DNA from: Monocercomonoides exilis PA203
Lineage: Eukaryota; Protista; Preaxostyla
DNA length: 64,000 nt
Reading direction: 5' to 3'
Assembly (NCBI GenBank): GCA_001643675.2
Contig: LSRY02000010.1
Span: 806,001 to 870,000 of the forward strand
Position 1 is the first letter of the stretch, and every line of letters starts with the position of its first letter. Position numbers and translations under genes: made by a program. Under the pieces are notes generated by a model that saw nothing but the letters and a program-made list of their open reading frames with translations, was not told the origin of the DNA and did not search any database. This document shows positions 12,390-25,600 of this stretch, piece after piece.

Positions 12390-13422
12390 ATGAATTATTT
12401 CGGAAAACGAAGGTCTCTTTTGGAAGTTTCTGGTTCTCCTCAATCTACTGCATCCACTTCAACATTTACATTTGATTCTAGATCGTGTGCTTATTTTTAA
12501 GCCTTTCCTTTGGAAATAATGAATTCTTTGAAAAATATTTAATTATTTGGTAAAATGGACCATCTCCAGAAAAAGAAAGGCTGAACCAAAAAAAGGAACA
12601 AATGGTATTTTTTAAAAATTTTTTAGTATTTCTGTCTTTATTAAAATTATGCTCTTTTTTTGTAGATTCGACGACTCTTCCTCGAATTTTCCAGAATTCT
12701 CTTTATGATCAATATAGTGATCGCCTTCAAGTTCCAGTAGATTCAATTCCCCCTCCAAAAGAGCAAATTACAACAGAAAAAATATATCTTCCCCAATTTG
12801 CATCCACACCTTTTTCTTCTCCTCCTTTCACTTCAAGTTCTTCATCTCCAACATTTCGCATGCTCCCTTCACCACAAACGAATTTACAAGAACAATCACT
12901 TGTTCCAACGGCAATAAATAATCGATGGATACTGGTGTTTGGATTCTCACCATTTCTTCTCCATGGAATTGTCAATTATTTTTCTCAATGCGGCAAAATT
13001 GATGCTGTATGCCCTCCTGCTGAAGGAAACTGGGCATACATACAGTTTAACTCGGCTCTATCAGCAGAACAAGCTCTACTGAAGCCGTATGTGCTGATTC
13101 AAGGATGTATGGTTGGGGTTTTGAGAGTACAAAAAATGGTTTGTCAACATCAAATACTTTTCGTTAAATTTCAAAATTTAATTAATAGTATGAATGGAAA
13201 GAAGATGTGCCAACTCGTCCTTACGAAGGGGTTCGTGATTCATTTGAAGCTCCACCATCTTCTATTGAAGATGCAATGGATATTGAAGATTCAGAAAGTA
13301 ACAAAAAAGTTCCAAATAAAAAAGATCAAAAATTAACATCTGAAAAGAATGATCCAGAAAAGGAAGATCTCGATGAAAAAGCAGAACCTTACATTTTTTC
13401 AATATTAAAGCAATATTTTTGA
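12390..13422 (+). CDS. NUP35: Nucleoporin Nup35/Nup53 (MPPN-type RRM), 4 exons
   Basis: WILVFGF...FSQCG...GNWAYIQFNSALSAEQALLK...MVGV matches the Nup53 RRM. Upstream LP...SLYD motif; C-terminal amphipathic YIFSILKQYF. Introns start at 12485, 12605 and 13139. Confidence 0.85.
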
Positions 13423-13553
13423 AATAATTTTTGGTTAAATTTTTCGTTTTAATTTTTTAGAAAAACCAAATAAAGATCAGTTATGTCAACATAATATTAT
13501 TATTTCGATTAATTATTTGTTTCTGCATTTCTGATTGAAGTTAAAATAAATGA

Positions 13554-16235
13554 ATGGTTTAAATAAAATTTTTAATAATAAATATTTAATTACAAAGTTT
13601 ACGTTCATATAGATTGAAAACTTTGAAGATCCTAAACAAGAAATTAATAAAATAGATGTTCCATCACTTACAGAATTGTTGGAATTAATGGTACAGCACA
13701 CAATTCAAACTGCACCAATTTCGTCAATAGATAAATACTTAAAATTTTCAATAAAGCTGCTTGAAAAAGATTATCAGTTCATTGAAATAAGAAATGAATT
13801 AGGTAAGATATGCCCATCCTACCCTCCAATAATAACAGAAAATCTGATATCAAAACATCAACAGCTAACGGAAGCAAAATTCAGAGAAAAAAGAAGGGAA
13901 TACGTTTTCAACATAATGGAAGGCCGAAAAGCTAGAGCCAGACGACGTGTCCCTGTTCCCGTCATTCTGTTTGCTTTATCTATGATGCATATGAAAAACA
14001 TTTTCTTTATCTTTCTATTTTTAATGTTTTTTTTTACAATCAATCTTTTGAAAAATTACTCTCGAAAAAACATATGTGAGACTTTCAAATGGAGCAACTG
14101 TTTCTAGAAGTGCAACACTTTCTGTTCCTCTAGAAGTTGTATATAATGGAGCAATTGATATCATAAAAGGAGTTAAAGCAATTTTGTATGCATTCTTAAT
14201 CACTTTTTTCTTTTTCACCATATTATTATAATGCAGTGCTCCTCAAACAATAGCAAAAGTTCAAAAAAAACAAAACCAACAAAATGAAAAACAAGTTCAC
14301 GAACCAGCCACCAAAAAGGACGCAAGCGTGTCTAAATCTCAAGCTTCATCTTCTTTGACATCAAGTACAAAACAACAAACACCAATTCAGTGTGATGTTA
14401 ATCTTCTGAAAATGATTGGAGTGACTCATATTGTAGACCTAATGGTTGAACAGCAACGTATAAAATTCAGATTTTTGCCTGTTTGCTCTTCTGAAAAACA
14501 CGAAATGTCGCAGGCAATTAAGAAGAAAGCACAAGATGATCAAAAGAAGGCCAAACAGTCAAATGATGAACAGCTAACAGCATCTCAAATTCAGCCATCC
14601 CTTCTCACTTCTCATTCCATCTTCGCACTTCTTTCGCTTCCATTTCCTGGCGTAGAATGGCTGACTCAGCTTCAGCAGCGCAATTTTGAGCCCAGAGGAA
14701 TGCACTACAACTGGGCGCACGAGCGAGTGAATGCTGTGCTGAAGCTGGATGAGAGTGTGAATTTGAGGGTTTACTGGAGACTTCATTCAGTACATCGCCA
14801 ATCTCATCTGAAAGATGGACTAACAAATGTCTTAGATGAAACATCAGATATTTCTCAAACAGAAGTATGTTCTTCTTCTTCTTCTTCTTCTTCTTCTTCT
14901 TCTTCTTCTTCTTCTTCTTCTTCTTCTTCTTCTTCTTCTTCTTCTTCTTCTTCTTCTTCTTCTTCTTCTTCTTCTTCTTCTTCTTCTTCTTCTTCTTCCG
15001 AATCTCTAATTTCTCCATGCATGAGTACTTCACAAGCAACACCATCTTCAGCGTTGACTACAGAAAATCCTTCTCTTGTATCATCCACTTCATCTGCATC
15101 TCCTTCAGCTTCTTCTTCTTCGATGCTTTCGTCGTCTTCTCAACCTCCCAAACCACCGCCTTCTTTCACGACAGACATTTCTCTCGAAACACTTTCACTT
15201 TCGTCTTCTTCGAAACTTTCGTCAAGCTCATTCGCCACTTTCCCTTTCACAACGCCTTCTTATTCATTCTTCCAGCCAGAGAAATACACTCAGTGGGACG
15301 TTGTGGAACTGACTCAGAATTATGTCTCGCTTCTTTTGAACATCTTGGCCTCTCCTCAAAGGCTGTCTTGGTCTGGCAGTAAAACATATGCGTTCTCAGA
15401 TACGTCTGCATCTGCACAGCAATACCCCTCATCTCACACAAGCGAAAATCCGAAAGCCAAAAACGTGGAGTCATCATTTGGCTCAGATGCATCCACCAGT
15501 GCTTCTTCAGCGTCGCAATCGTCATCAACTTCTTCATTCATTCCATCATCCTCCTCTTCATCTCCTGGTTCTTCAACCGATGGTTCAATCTCTGCAATCG
15601 AATCCACTACATTAACAACTTCGTCATCTTCTTCGTCCTCATCATCTTCTTCTTCCTCTTCTAATTTGTTGCATCCAAAAGATTCAGCATGCCCTCAAAA
15701 GTTCAATTCCATCCTCATTCACTGCATCACTGGATGGGATCGCACACCGCTTTTTGTTGCGTTACTACGAGTTCTTTTGTGGGCTGACGGAAGCACTCAT
15801 CCTTCGCTGTCTGCCGAAGAAGTGGCGTTTCTGTGTCTCGCATATGACTTCTTCCTGTTCGGGCACCAAATGAAAGACCGAGTGAAGAACGGGCATCACG
15901 TAGTTGCGATGATGATTGGGCTTTTGCGCCATCTTGGAAACCCCGATTGGTTTCGCTTATCAAAAAGATTTGTGTCGGAGGGGAAGTTGAACGCTCATTC
16001 AAAAGAATCAGACAAGCCTGACACCTCTTTTGCACCAGAAGCAGAAGCCATTCAGGCATCTGCAAGTGCAACGAAGGAAAAACAGAAAGAAGAAGAGAAG
16101 ATGAAAGCGGATGCAGATCGGCATAGCGACCCTTCAATGATTGATGACAGAGAATTCACGGCTCGCGTTTTGGCTGTTCACAAGATCATGTGGGAAGCAT
16201 ATTCTACTGGTGTGCTCAAACGAATCAACAAATAG
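13554..16235 (+). CDS. MTMR14: Myotubularin-related protein 14 (PI3P phosphatase, Jumpy/EDTP) with Ser-rich insertions
   Basis: CPSYP, ARARRRVPVPVIL|LSNGATVSRSATL, IVDLMVE, SSEK, LPFPGVE, YTQWDVVELTQNY; catalytic IHCITGWDRTPLFVALLRVLLWADG; AYDFFLFGHQ. The first coding exon appears to be the ATG alone (intron 13557-13612). Confidence 0.92.
14871..14996 (+). repeat. (TCT)42 coding microsatellite, poly-Ser in MTMR14
   Basis: Perfect trinucleotide run in frame. Confidence 0.95.
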
Positions 16236-17543
16236 AGTCAGTAGCTCGTTTTGATACGATGATTTGACGGTTCAGAGAATAGGAAGATAAAATTATTTTA
16301 AATTATTTCTGTGGGAAGAAACCTGACATAAAAGAATTGGTCACATTTTGATAATTCAGAATTATAAATTTGGGCATTATTAGAAATGAATTGCTTGGTT
16401 TCAGATTTGAGGCCGGTTATTTGATGGAGATGGGATCTGAAAAGTCTGGCACTTTTAGTTTAGCGATCATTCGGAGCAACTTTCTTAATTATGCGTTATG
16501 CAATGAACGACTCATTCGGAAATCTAATTTCCATATATTCGTTGCACAAACGTTTCGTATTCATTTTCATAAAATTTGTGGAAAAAAAATTCTGCCATTG
16601 GCAAGTACGAGCAATGACAGTTTATCAATTCCTCTATAACGAATTTTTTGTTTTGCATATTTCATATTTGTTAAGAATACTTCTCATTCCGTTATTTTAT
16701 ATTTTTATATCAACGTCCATTTATTAAGGTATTTTTCTGAATTTCGAATTGAAGATTGAAAAATTTAATAAATTGGGCTCGCATTCTGTTGTTTGATTAT
16801 GCTAGGTTATTCATTTGTAATGTGTATTTGTATTTTTTTATATTTTATTTTTGTATGTTTCAACTGAAAAATTTCTGAAAAGGCTTTCAGTAAATTTCTT
16901 TCTTTCTTTTTTTAAAATTTGTTGACAATGGTCTTTCTATAGTGAATGTTAAGAAATAAGATTAAGCAATAATTTTATCCAAATTCGTAGTTGTTTTCAT
17001 TTTTGAGCACTTCAAAGCAAATGGATATAAGAAAAGATAGATCTTCATTATTAGATCCCAAAATCATCAGTAAAATTCAAACGACTGTTCCAAAATCTGA
17101 AGAACTTTAAATGCAGCTGTAGTAGTTGAAAAAAACATAAGAAAAAAATAAAAATTACGATCAATAATAGAGAATATTTTTCATAAAGAAAGATAAAAGA
17201 GTTATTATTATGTTATAAACAGAAAAAAAGCTTCATTTTTGCAATTAAAATTTTTTGAAAGAAAACGATTACGGTCTTTCAATCTAACTTTTCAAAGCAA
17301 AATACATATTTGCATGGAATAGAAACCTTTATCCAGCAATATTTTATAAATCTCTCCCGAAACCGAATAACACTGAAAAACTGTTTGAAGCTGGAAAAAT
17401 ATTCTTTGCATTTATTGAGTAAATGATAAGGTTGTAAGGCATCAACAGAATTGATAATGATGACTTATTGTCGAGAAGGAGATTACGCATAGCCTGAACA
17501 CAAATGAGGAATAACACGAAATGAACCACACCGCAACGTTGAT

Positions 17544-18832
17544 TCATGACAATGCAGGTGAATTTGAAGAAGAGGACTTCTTTATCTCTTTGTTCATCTC
17601 CCTATTAAGCTCGATCTTATCTCGATCTGCAATGAATTTTGTAATAGCTTCGAAAATCTCAAATCCGTATTTTGCCCAATCGGTATTGTGCTCTCCGTCT
17701 TTAAGTGAAATGAACAATTTGTGTCTTGCAGCTAGATATCATGCATGAAGTTAAAGAAATCAATAAAGATTAAAAATATCTCCAATACATACCACAAAGT
17801 TCATATAGCTTTTTTGAATCCTCTGGAGAAACAAGTGTATCACTTTGACCTTTGAGGAACAAAACAAATTTAAAAAATTAACTTTAATGCTCTATCAAAG
17901 ATCATATCAATAACAACCTGATATGAAAATGGTATCAGTAGTGATATCCTTCATTCTGAGATTGTTTCTCCAAACAGGCGGAACACACAACGGAACAAAT
18001 AATTTCAAATATCGAGGTACTATTTGCAGTGCAGTTGATTGAAGAGAATAAATTGTATTTTCCAAAATTAACAAGTCAACCTATCAAATATTTTTTATAA
18101 CAATTTCTTTGATTAATCTTTTAAAAATAAAATACAGACTGCTTCACTATGCTTCGCTACAAAATCACAACACACTGCCCCGCCAATTGAATGTCCTAAC
18201 ATCCAAATTTTACTTGCTTTTCCATCAACAACAAGCTTCTGGAGATAGTTCATTACGACTTCAAGATCTACAATCAATCCAGAATGAGTCGGATTGACTT
18301 CAGGACTCGAATGCCCAAATCCACGATAATCAAAACAAAACACATTGCATTTAAGGCCGCGCCTTAAAATAGCAGATTTATAAGCACGATATTCAATATC
18401 TTTTGTTTGTTCAGAAATAAGTTTAATTATTATCGATGCACACTTCCCGCATTTCCATGACAATAAACAAGAACAGGAGAATCATTAGAATATGGTAAAA
18501 ACCATCCATGCTTAAATAAATTAATTATCAAAAACTAAAAAAAATTTTTCATTCGAATAAAATAACAAACAAGTTCCAATGAATCGGGGGTTTGAAGGCG
18601 AACATCCACAAAATGTGCTACAGAAATTTGCATTATTAAATGAAATTAAAAGTGTATTGCTGAATTAGATTTTTTTAAATAATCTCTAACCTCCATAAGT
18701 TCGAGGAGTTACAAAGTAGTCTTCGCTTTGTTTTATTGGATAGTAAACAAATTTTTCATGGGCAAAGCGAACAATTATTATACCCACGACAAATAATATG
18801 ACCAAAAATTCTATAATTGTTTTATTAACCAT
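17544..18832 (-). CDS. ABHD13: ABHD13/Bem46-like alpha/beta hydrolase with N-terminal TM anchor, 7 exons
   Basis: N-terminal hydrophobic helix then EKFVYYP; LHGWF; YCHGNAGNI; FDYRGFGHS; GHSIGG (Ser); ILEN; ISGQSDTLV (Asp); DGEHN (His); TGA ending at 17544. Confidence 0.85.
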
Positions 18833-18870
18833 GCAAACTAATAATATAATAATGGGAATATTAGTAATAT

Positions 18871-19235
18871 GGGGCAAAATTTTTGTATTTGTGAAAAAAA
18901 TAACGATTTGTTCCAAACTTTTTCCACAACCTTATCATGATAATATTTTCATTCCACTATCAAAAAATAGATAGAAAAATTAAAAATTGAGATAAATATT
19001 TGTATGAATGGAATGGAGCATAATTCATAAATAGAAGAATAATGTCCAATATTATGGGATGATGTTTTTATCAAAATGAATTCTGTTCCACACAATGTTT
19101 TCAAATTATTTTCTCAAATCTTTTGTTTTTCAATGTTTTTTTGGGAATTATAATAATCGAATTATTATGAGATTATTTAATGATAAGTTTGGAACAAATC
19201 CTTATTTTGTTCATAAAGGCTGAAAAATATCCCCC
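18871..19235. mobile_element. Putative MITE-like/foldback element 3 (365 bp imperfect palindrome), flanked by ATAT
   Basis: Ends ATAT|GGGG...CCCCC|ATAT. TTTGTGAAAAAAATAACGATTTGTTCCAAACTT pairs 30/33 with the reverse complement of ~19188-19218; weaker symmetry continues to a centre near 19053. Confidence 0.65.
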
Positions 19236-19632
19236 ATATCATTACTCTCAAATATGTTCATATCAATTGCGAAAATGAAGATTCAAATGAAGCCATGATT
19301 TTTTAAAGTAGTTTCAGCAAAATGAATGAAAAAATTAAAAAAGCAAAGAAAAAGAAAAAGAAAAATTGTCTTCAAAATTGAGTTTTAGAACATGTTATAT
19401 TTCAAAGCAGAGTAGTTATTCCAACCTTTTATAAAACATTCTGTGATGAAAGTGATCGTCAGACCACATTTCACATTTCGAAAAAAGAAGAGTATGTCTC
19501 GGCTTGAAACTCTATTTCTTCGCCATCTGATTCTACTAGTTCGGATTTGGAACGATCTAATTTGTTCCCTGCTTTTGGATTCTCCTGAACTTCAAGTTTG
19601 ACTGATCCAGTTGTCCTCACTCATCACCATTT

Positions 19633-22600
19633 TTAGTTTGCATATTGATTCGCTCTTTCGCCTCCACGTCGGATAGAGCTGTTCCTTATGCTCCGCCTGT
19701 TTCTGCTGCACCTTCCTGAGCTGCACTCACACTCCACAGCGTCCGACATTGTCATTATCATCATACCTGCAGGAAATTGTTCAAACAATACTCGTTTCAA
19801 ATCTGTTAACGAAGGTCTGGAATATGCATCCTGTGAAACACATAAACATATCATTTCATATAATTTGCTTCCAATCGCTTTCTCCAGTTCGGGTCTTTCT
19901 CCATTCACAATTTTCTGTCCAGCAACCTCTGCCTCATAATCACAAAAAGGGATTTCCAGAGATAAACATTCCCACAACATCACCCCAATGGAAAACGAAA
20001 CAGAAGCTTTTGTTGCTCCCGTTTTTTTATTTATCAGCAGTTCAGGTGCCTTCCACCGCAGGCACTCCTTCCTGAGATCTTCATCATCCTCAAACGCTGA
20101 TGAAGGTGGAGGAGAGCGTGTGTATCTCTTGCTCCTTCTTGAGCCATCAGATGAAGATGTTACAATCGTGGATGATGAAATTGAAGTTGAATCTGAATCT
20201 GAAGAAGAACATTCAGAGTGCATGGCAATGCAAATAACCATGTGTTCAGAGAACAACACAATGTGAGGGCTCAGATTGGTCAATGATTGAAGTGGAATTT
20301 CCATTTCGTCAAATGAATGAAGAGCTCCATTCGCCACACAGAATAGGATCTGGGCTGCTGTCTGCTCCCTTTCCTGCAAAGTGCCGATCGCCATCTCTTT
20401 CTTCTCATTCATCCCATGAAGCAGCATGAACAGCGAATCCCTCAAGTCCACAATCAGTTTCTCGTGAGGCGAGGAGCAGGCCATCGCATCCACCAGATTC
20501 GACATCGATGAAGTGGTCGGACAAAGACTTTCTGTTCGAACAAATGTTGATTCTGAGTCTGTTGAAGAAATTGACGGCGATGGTGTTCGATTTCTTGTAT
20601 CTTCTTCCTTCTCATCCACTTTCTCCAGCATCCACTCAGGAATCTTGTCTGAATCTCTTCCCAATATGTATTCTGTCGATCCACTCTCACTCAATAAATG
20701 TTCTGATGACTCTGAATGTCCCAAGCTTTTCGCATACACCCTCTTTTTGATCCTTTCCTCATTCTTCTTCTCTGCCTCCCTCTCTGCTCTCCTCCACTGC
20801 TCCTCAGGCGACATCTCCATCGTAATCATCTCAATCAGTTTCGGATCCTTCTTCACTGTATCATTCACAATCTCTTCCAGTTCTTCTGTTCTTCTCTTTT
20901 GCTTTCTCCATCGAACAACAAACAAAATAAATCCAATCAGAACAATAAACAATATTACTACAAGCACAATCACAATCAATAACCAATAAGATTTCCCTTC
21001 TTTTCCTCCTTCAACAATTATTTCATCTCCTTTTGGCTCAATCTCACTTCTGTTCTTCAAAAAAAGAGAATTTGTTGATGAAGGAGATTCAGCATTCCCA
21101 AATAAAACATGCACACTCACTTCTATTTCATTTCCACAACTGCTGATCAGATCTTTTGCAACACTTCCTTCAACTTCTCTTTCGGACAAGAATCCATTTG
21201 AATCAAAATCATATTTTTCAAGCTCTTTCTCTTCTCCCTTCTTCTTCACAACTGAGAATGACAGATTACATGGAATAAGAAGAAATCCTTTGAATGTCAG
21301 CTTCATTCTATCTGTCTCTTCTTTTGCTTCAACACTTTCCAGAACAGGAATGAAGAATGATGAATCCCTTTCTGAAACAATCCCTTCAAAATTGCATCCA
21401 TCATTCAACATCCACAATGATGAGCCATCCTTCAATCCATCTCCTCCTTTCAAACTCATCACATTCAATGTTCCTGTATCAGAACAGATGATGTTTCTTC
21501 TCAGTGATGGATATCCTTCAATTGATGGATTATTGTCAATGAACTCTTCTTTCTCAATTATCATATTTCCTCCACTCATTGTTATTCCACCTTCTGGTGA
21601 ATTTGCAATTGTTGAATCTTTCATCATCACTGAACTCTTCGCAATATCCACAAGAGATCCATCCCATCTGCACATCTCCCCTTCGGCATTCAAATTCATT
21701 TCATTTCTTTCCTTTGAACTTCCATCAAAAATGCAACTGTCCATTTTCACATCCAAGCAATTCTCCAACTTCATCAATTTCCCTTTTGGTTTGTTAGAAT
21801 TGACTACATTGATTGTGCAATTTGCCAATTCCATTGTCTTTTTCATTGACAAGCACGAGATCAATGATTCTTCATTTCCTTCAACTGTGATATTCTCTGT
21901 ATTGAAATCCTCAAGTGTAAATTGTCCACATTCCTTTATATTTATCAGAGAAGTTTCCATTGTTGAATTGGATATTGTTAATGAATCAATAACTGATGGA
22001 AGTTGAGAAGAAAGATGTAATGCAGATTCTTGAAGAATTAGATTTGATATTGCACATCCGTCAAGTTGTAATTCTCCTTTTTCCATGTTAATAATGTGAA
22101 ATGGAATGTTTGCAAAATCTTCATTAACTCCCTCCTTCAATTGTTTTGAGCTGAATGAACAATTCACAATTTCAAGAATTCCTCCTTCTGGTGATATCAA
22201 CGATTCATGTTGAGAAACAAAATTCGAATCAAACACAAAGCTGACTCTCAGCAATGAAACTTCTCCTGTTGTTGATATTACAGAATCCTTTGTTCTGTCA
22301 ATTTCAGATTTCATTTCAACTTTGCATTCAACCTTTCTTTTTGAGCTCAAACTCATTTCTTCCAGATTTATCTCACAGCCAATCGCACTCTCTTCAACAA
22401 CAATCATTTGGCTCATGAAATCTGAAGTCAGATGCATCAGTCCATAATCAATTGAAGCACATGGAAGTGTGTTTGTTCCACACTGTTTTTCATCTGATCC
22501 ATTCACACTACTCACAATGACTGTGTCACTCTGATGAATAGTCACAAAGTCAATTAGATCTGTATCATTTGGATAATCGCATTCATCTCTCCCATATATT

Positions 22601-25600
22601 GCATTAATTCGTGAATAATGATTCTCTCGAAGATCAAACTGGAATTGGGTTTCATTGATTTGAGATGATATGTTGAAACATTCAATGAAAATATCGTTTC
22701 CAACGCTTGCTGTATTTGCACTGAATTTCATCCCCACAAATGTGAAATTCAATTCCCCTCTTTCTTTTGTCGCCAGATACACCCCTCCTCCTTTCCCATT
22801 GGTGCAGCTGCATTGACTGACTTCGGACTTAATCATCTTCATTGAACCAGACTTTCCCAATGTGAAGAATATTGCACCTCCTTTTTCACTTGATTCTGCT
22901 TTGTCTTCTGTTATGCTGCTCTCATTCACAACCAAGCAAATCTTTTTCTCACTCTTTAATTCCAAAATGCTTGGCCCATTATCACTTTTCTTCACTCCTG
23001 AAAATGATGATTTCTCAATCTCAATATTCACACATTCTTCATTCACTCCTTCATTTATCTTCAATCCTGGTTCAGATTTCTTGATTGATAAAATGCATCC
23101 TCTGCTTTCATTCAACGATTCCACTCGAATATTCACAAAATGGCAATAGACACCAACATTGTTGATAGAAAATATGCTGTTTCCGACGTTGCATGATTCA
23201 ATTGACAAATCACTCACTTCCACACTTCCTCCAATTGCATCCACAAACACACAATCAAATCCATTGTTCACTCCTGCTTCTGAATGAAATGCACATCCAG
23301 TTATCATCAAAGCTCCTTTGTTTGAAATAATCGATTTGGCTGAATTGTCAAATCCAGATGCCAGTTGAAGTTGAATATTTGTCAATTCAAGATGAATATC
23401 ATTTTCCATGAAATAGTCCAGTTGATTTCCAATCGCCTTTTCAAAATTCAATTTGGCTTTCACATTCTCTTCTCCCATCTTCACACTCTTTTTGATCTGA
23501 TAATTGGAAACATCGAATGAATCTCGAATAATTGTTGATCCTTCAATCTGAATTGTTTTATTTCCGTCTCCGTCTTTCATGTTTTTCATCCCTTTCCACA
23601 TCGTTTTGCATGGTTCTTTCACACTTCCACAACGCTCCACATCAAATCCACTCGAAGAGATAAATATCTCAATTGAGCTGTATGGAATTAGAAACATGAA
23701 CAAATCCTTTTCATCATGAAAATCATCACTTCCAACAAACAAATTGTCATCATCTATCATTGAGGAATAATCAAACTTGAATGACTCATTTGCCACAGAA
23801 CTATTCAAACCCTTTCCCAAAATAAACACATTTTTCCCAATTGCTGCATTGTTGTTCTCAAAAGTTACTCCAATATCAAAAAGAAATGGCTTTTCATTCA
23901 AGCAATTTTGGCAATCCAGATATATCCCTCCTCCTTTTCCTCTCTCACTCCCGTTCTCACAGACACATCCAATTAATGAACTGTTTTCAAGTGCAGCATA
24001 TCCTCCTTCACGCAACGCTATCTTCAGTGCTCCTCCTTTTTTGCTCTTCGACGAAACTGCCCCTTCAATTCTGCTTCCATTCATCACCATTCCAACCCCC
24101 ATGCTCCCTCCAAACACTGCTGCCTCTCCACTTCCATCAATTTCCAATTCCTTTAAGATGCAATTCAACAGTCTCAGTTTGCATTCCTCTTCATTCATAT
24201 TTGCTGAGGAAAGAGAGAATGAAAACAACGAGACTGTTGATTTCACATCTGAAATCGTCACAAAATCCAGTTCAACCATCTTCCCTGTTGATTTGATCAA
24301 GAAAAATTCAATTGTGTTTTGCTTCCCTCCAAAAACACTCATCTCACAGTTGTTCATGTGCAACTCTCCATTTAGGGTGCTTGATTTGATCACTGATGTG
24401 ATTGCTCTGCTGAAACTTGAAGGAACAACAATCCCAATGAACTCCATTTCTGTCAGTGATGATGATTTCAGAATGCATTCTTCAGATCCACTCACTTCAC
24501 TTTTGCATTCTATCTCCACAATTGTCTCAGTATTTGCCTTCAAACTCAACCCACTCATATTTTCACACCCTTCCATCTTTGATTTTGAACACACAACAAT
24601 CTCCTGAAGAACATTCTGTGGTCTCTTCAAACGCTCCATTCCATAATTCACATTCAAACATGGCGCCTTCTCCAGTCCACAATATTTCTCTTCCACTCCA
24701 GAAGTTCCATCGACAAATATTGTATCATCAAAGTATCCATCGATAAATATGAACAAATCGATATCCCAATCACCAAATGCCTCTGTTCTGTCATGCCCGA
24801 CAATCGAGTTGTCTTTCTGAGTGATGCTTCTCATGAAGGTGAACAAGGGTTCTTTCACAGAAGCGACAAATGATTCACACACAAAATACATATCTCTTCC
24901 GACACTGGCCTTGTTGGCTGAAAACGCGATATTGGTGATGGCAAAGGAGGATTCTGACACTTGTGAGCCATGGTCGAACTCGATCATGAGAGCACCGCCT
25001 CTTCCTCCAGAACTTGTATCCTCGCTCACAGAGCAGCTGGAGAAATTTGTGTCACTCACTGAAAATGTGTTGGCAGGGGCAGATGAGGCGAATGAGATGC
25101 ACCCGCCATTGGTGGCAGTTTGTTGGCTCAACTGTTCTGATTTGATGCTGTTCATTGTGCAGTTGGTGATGGAGATGGAGAGGGTAGGGGAGGTGGCTGA
25201 GGAGAGGACACAGCTGGTGGGGGAGGCTGTGGAGGTGATGTCGGTGATGTTGGAGGAGTTGAAGGTGAGGGGAGCGGTGAGGGAGGTGAGGTGGAAGATG
25301 CTTTGGCTGTTGAGTGCGAGATGAGTGATTGCTGTGTGGTTGAGGGCGAGGGAGCCAGCAGCGAGGAAGAAGAGGGGTGTGGTGATTGATGATGAAGACG
25401 GTGTTGTTCCTGTGATGATGGTTGTGTTGAGGTTGAGGGAAGGGGAGCTACCGGAGAGGTGGAAGAGGATGGGGGTGATGGGGTTTGTGGAGTTGTGAGC
25501 GATGGCGAGGGCAGAGACTGTGAGGGAGCCCTGTGTTTGTTGGAAGAGGGCAGACGAGGCAGATGGATCTGGTGAAGAAGATGTTGATGTTGATGAAAAT

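Noticed and set aside
14605-15382. Poly-K, poly-E and poly-F ORFs
   Set aside because: Alternative-frame and antisense readings of the (TCT)n tract in MTMR14.
17344-17547. 67-aa ORF whose ATG overlaps the ABHD13 TGA (ATGA coupling)
   Set aside because: No recognisable domain or convincing exon structure; ATGA overlap arises by chance.
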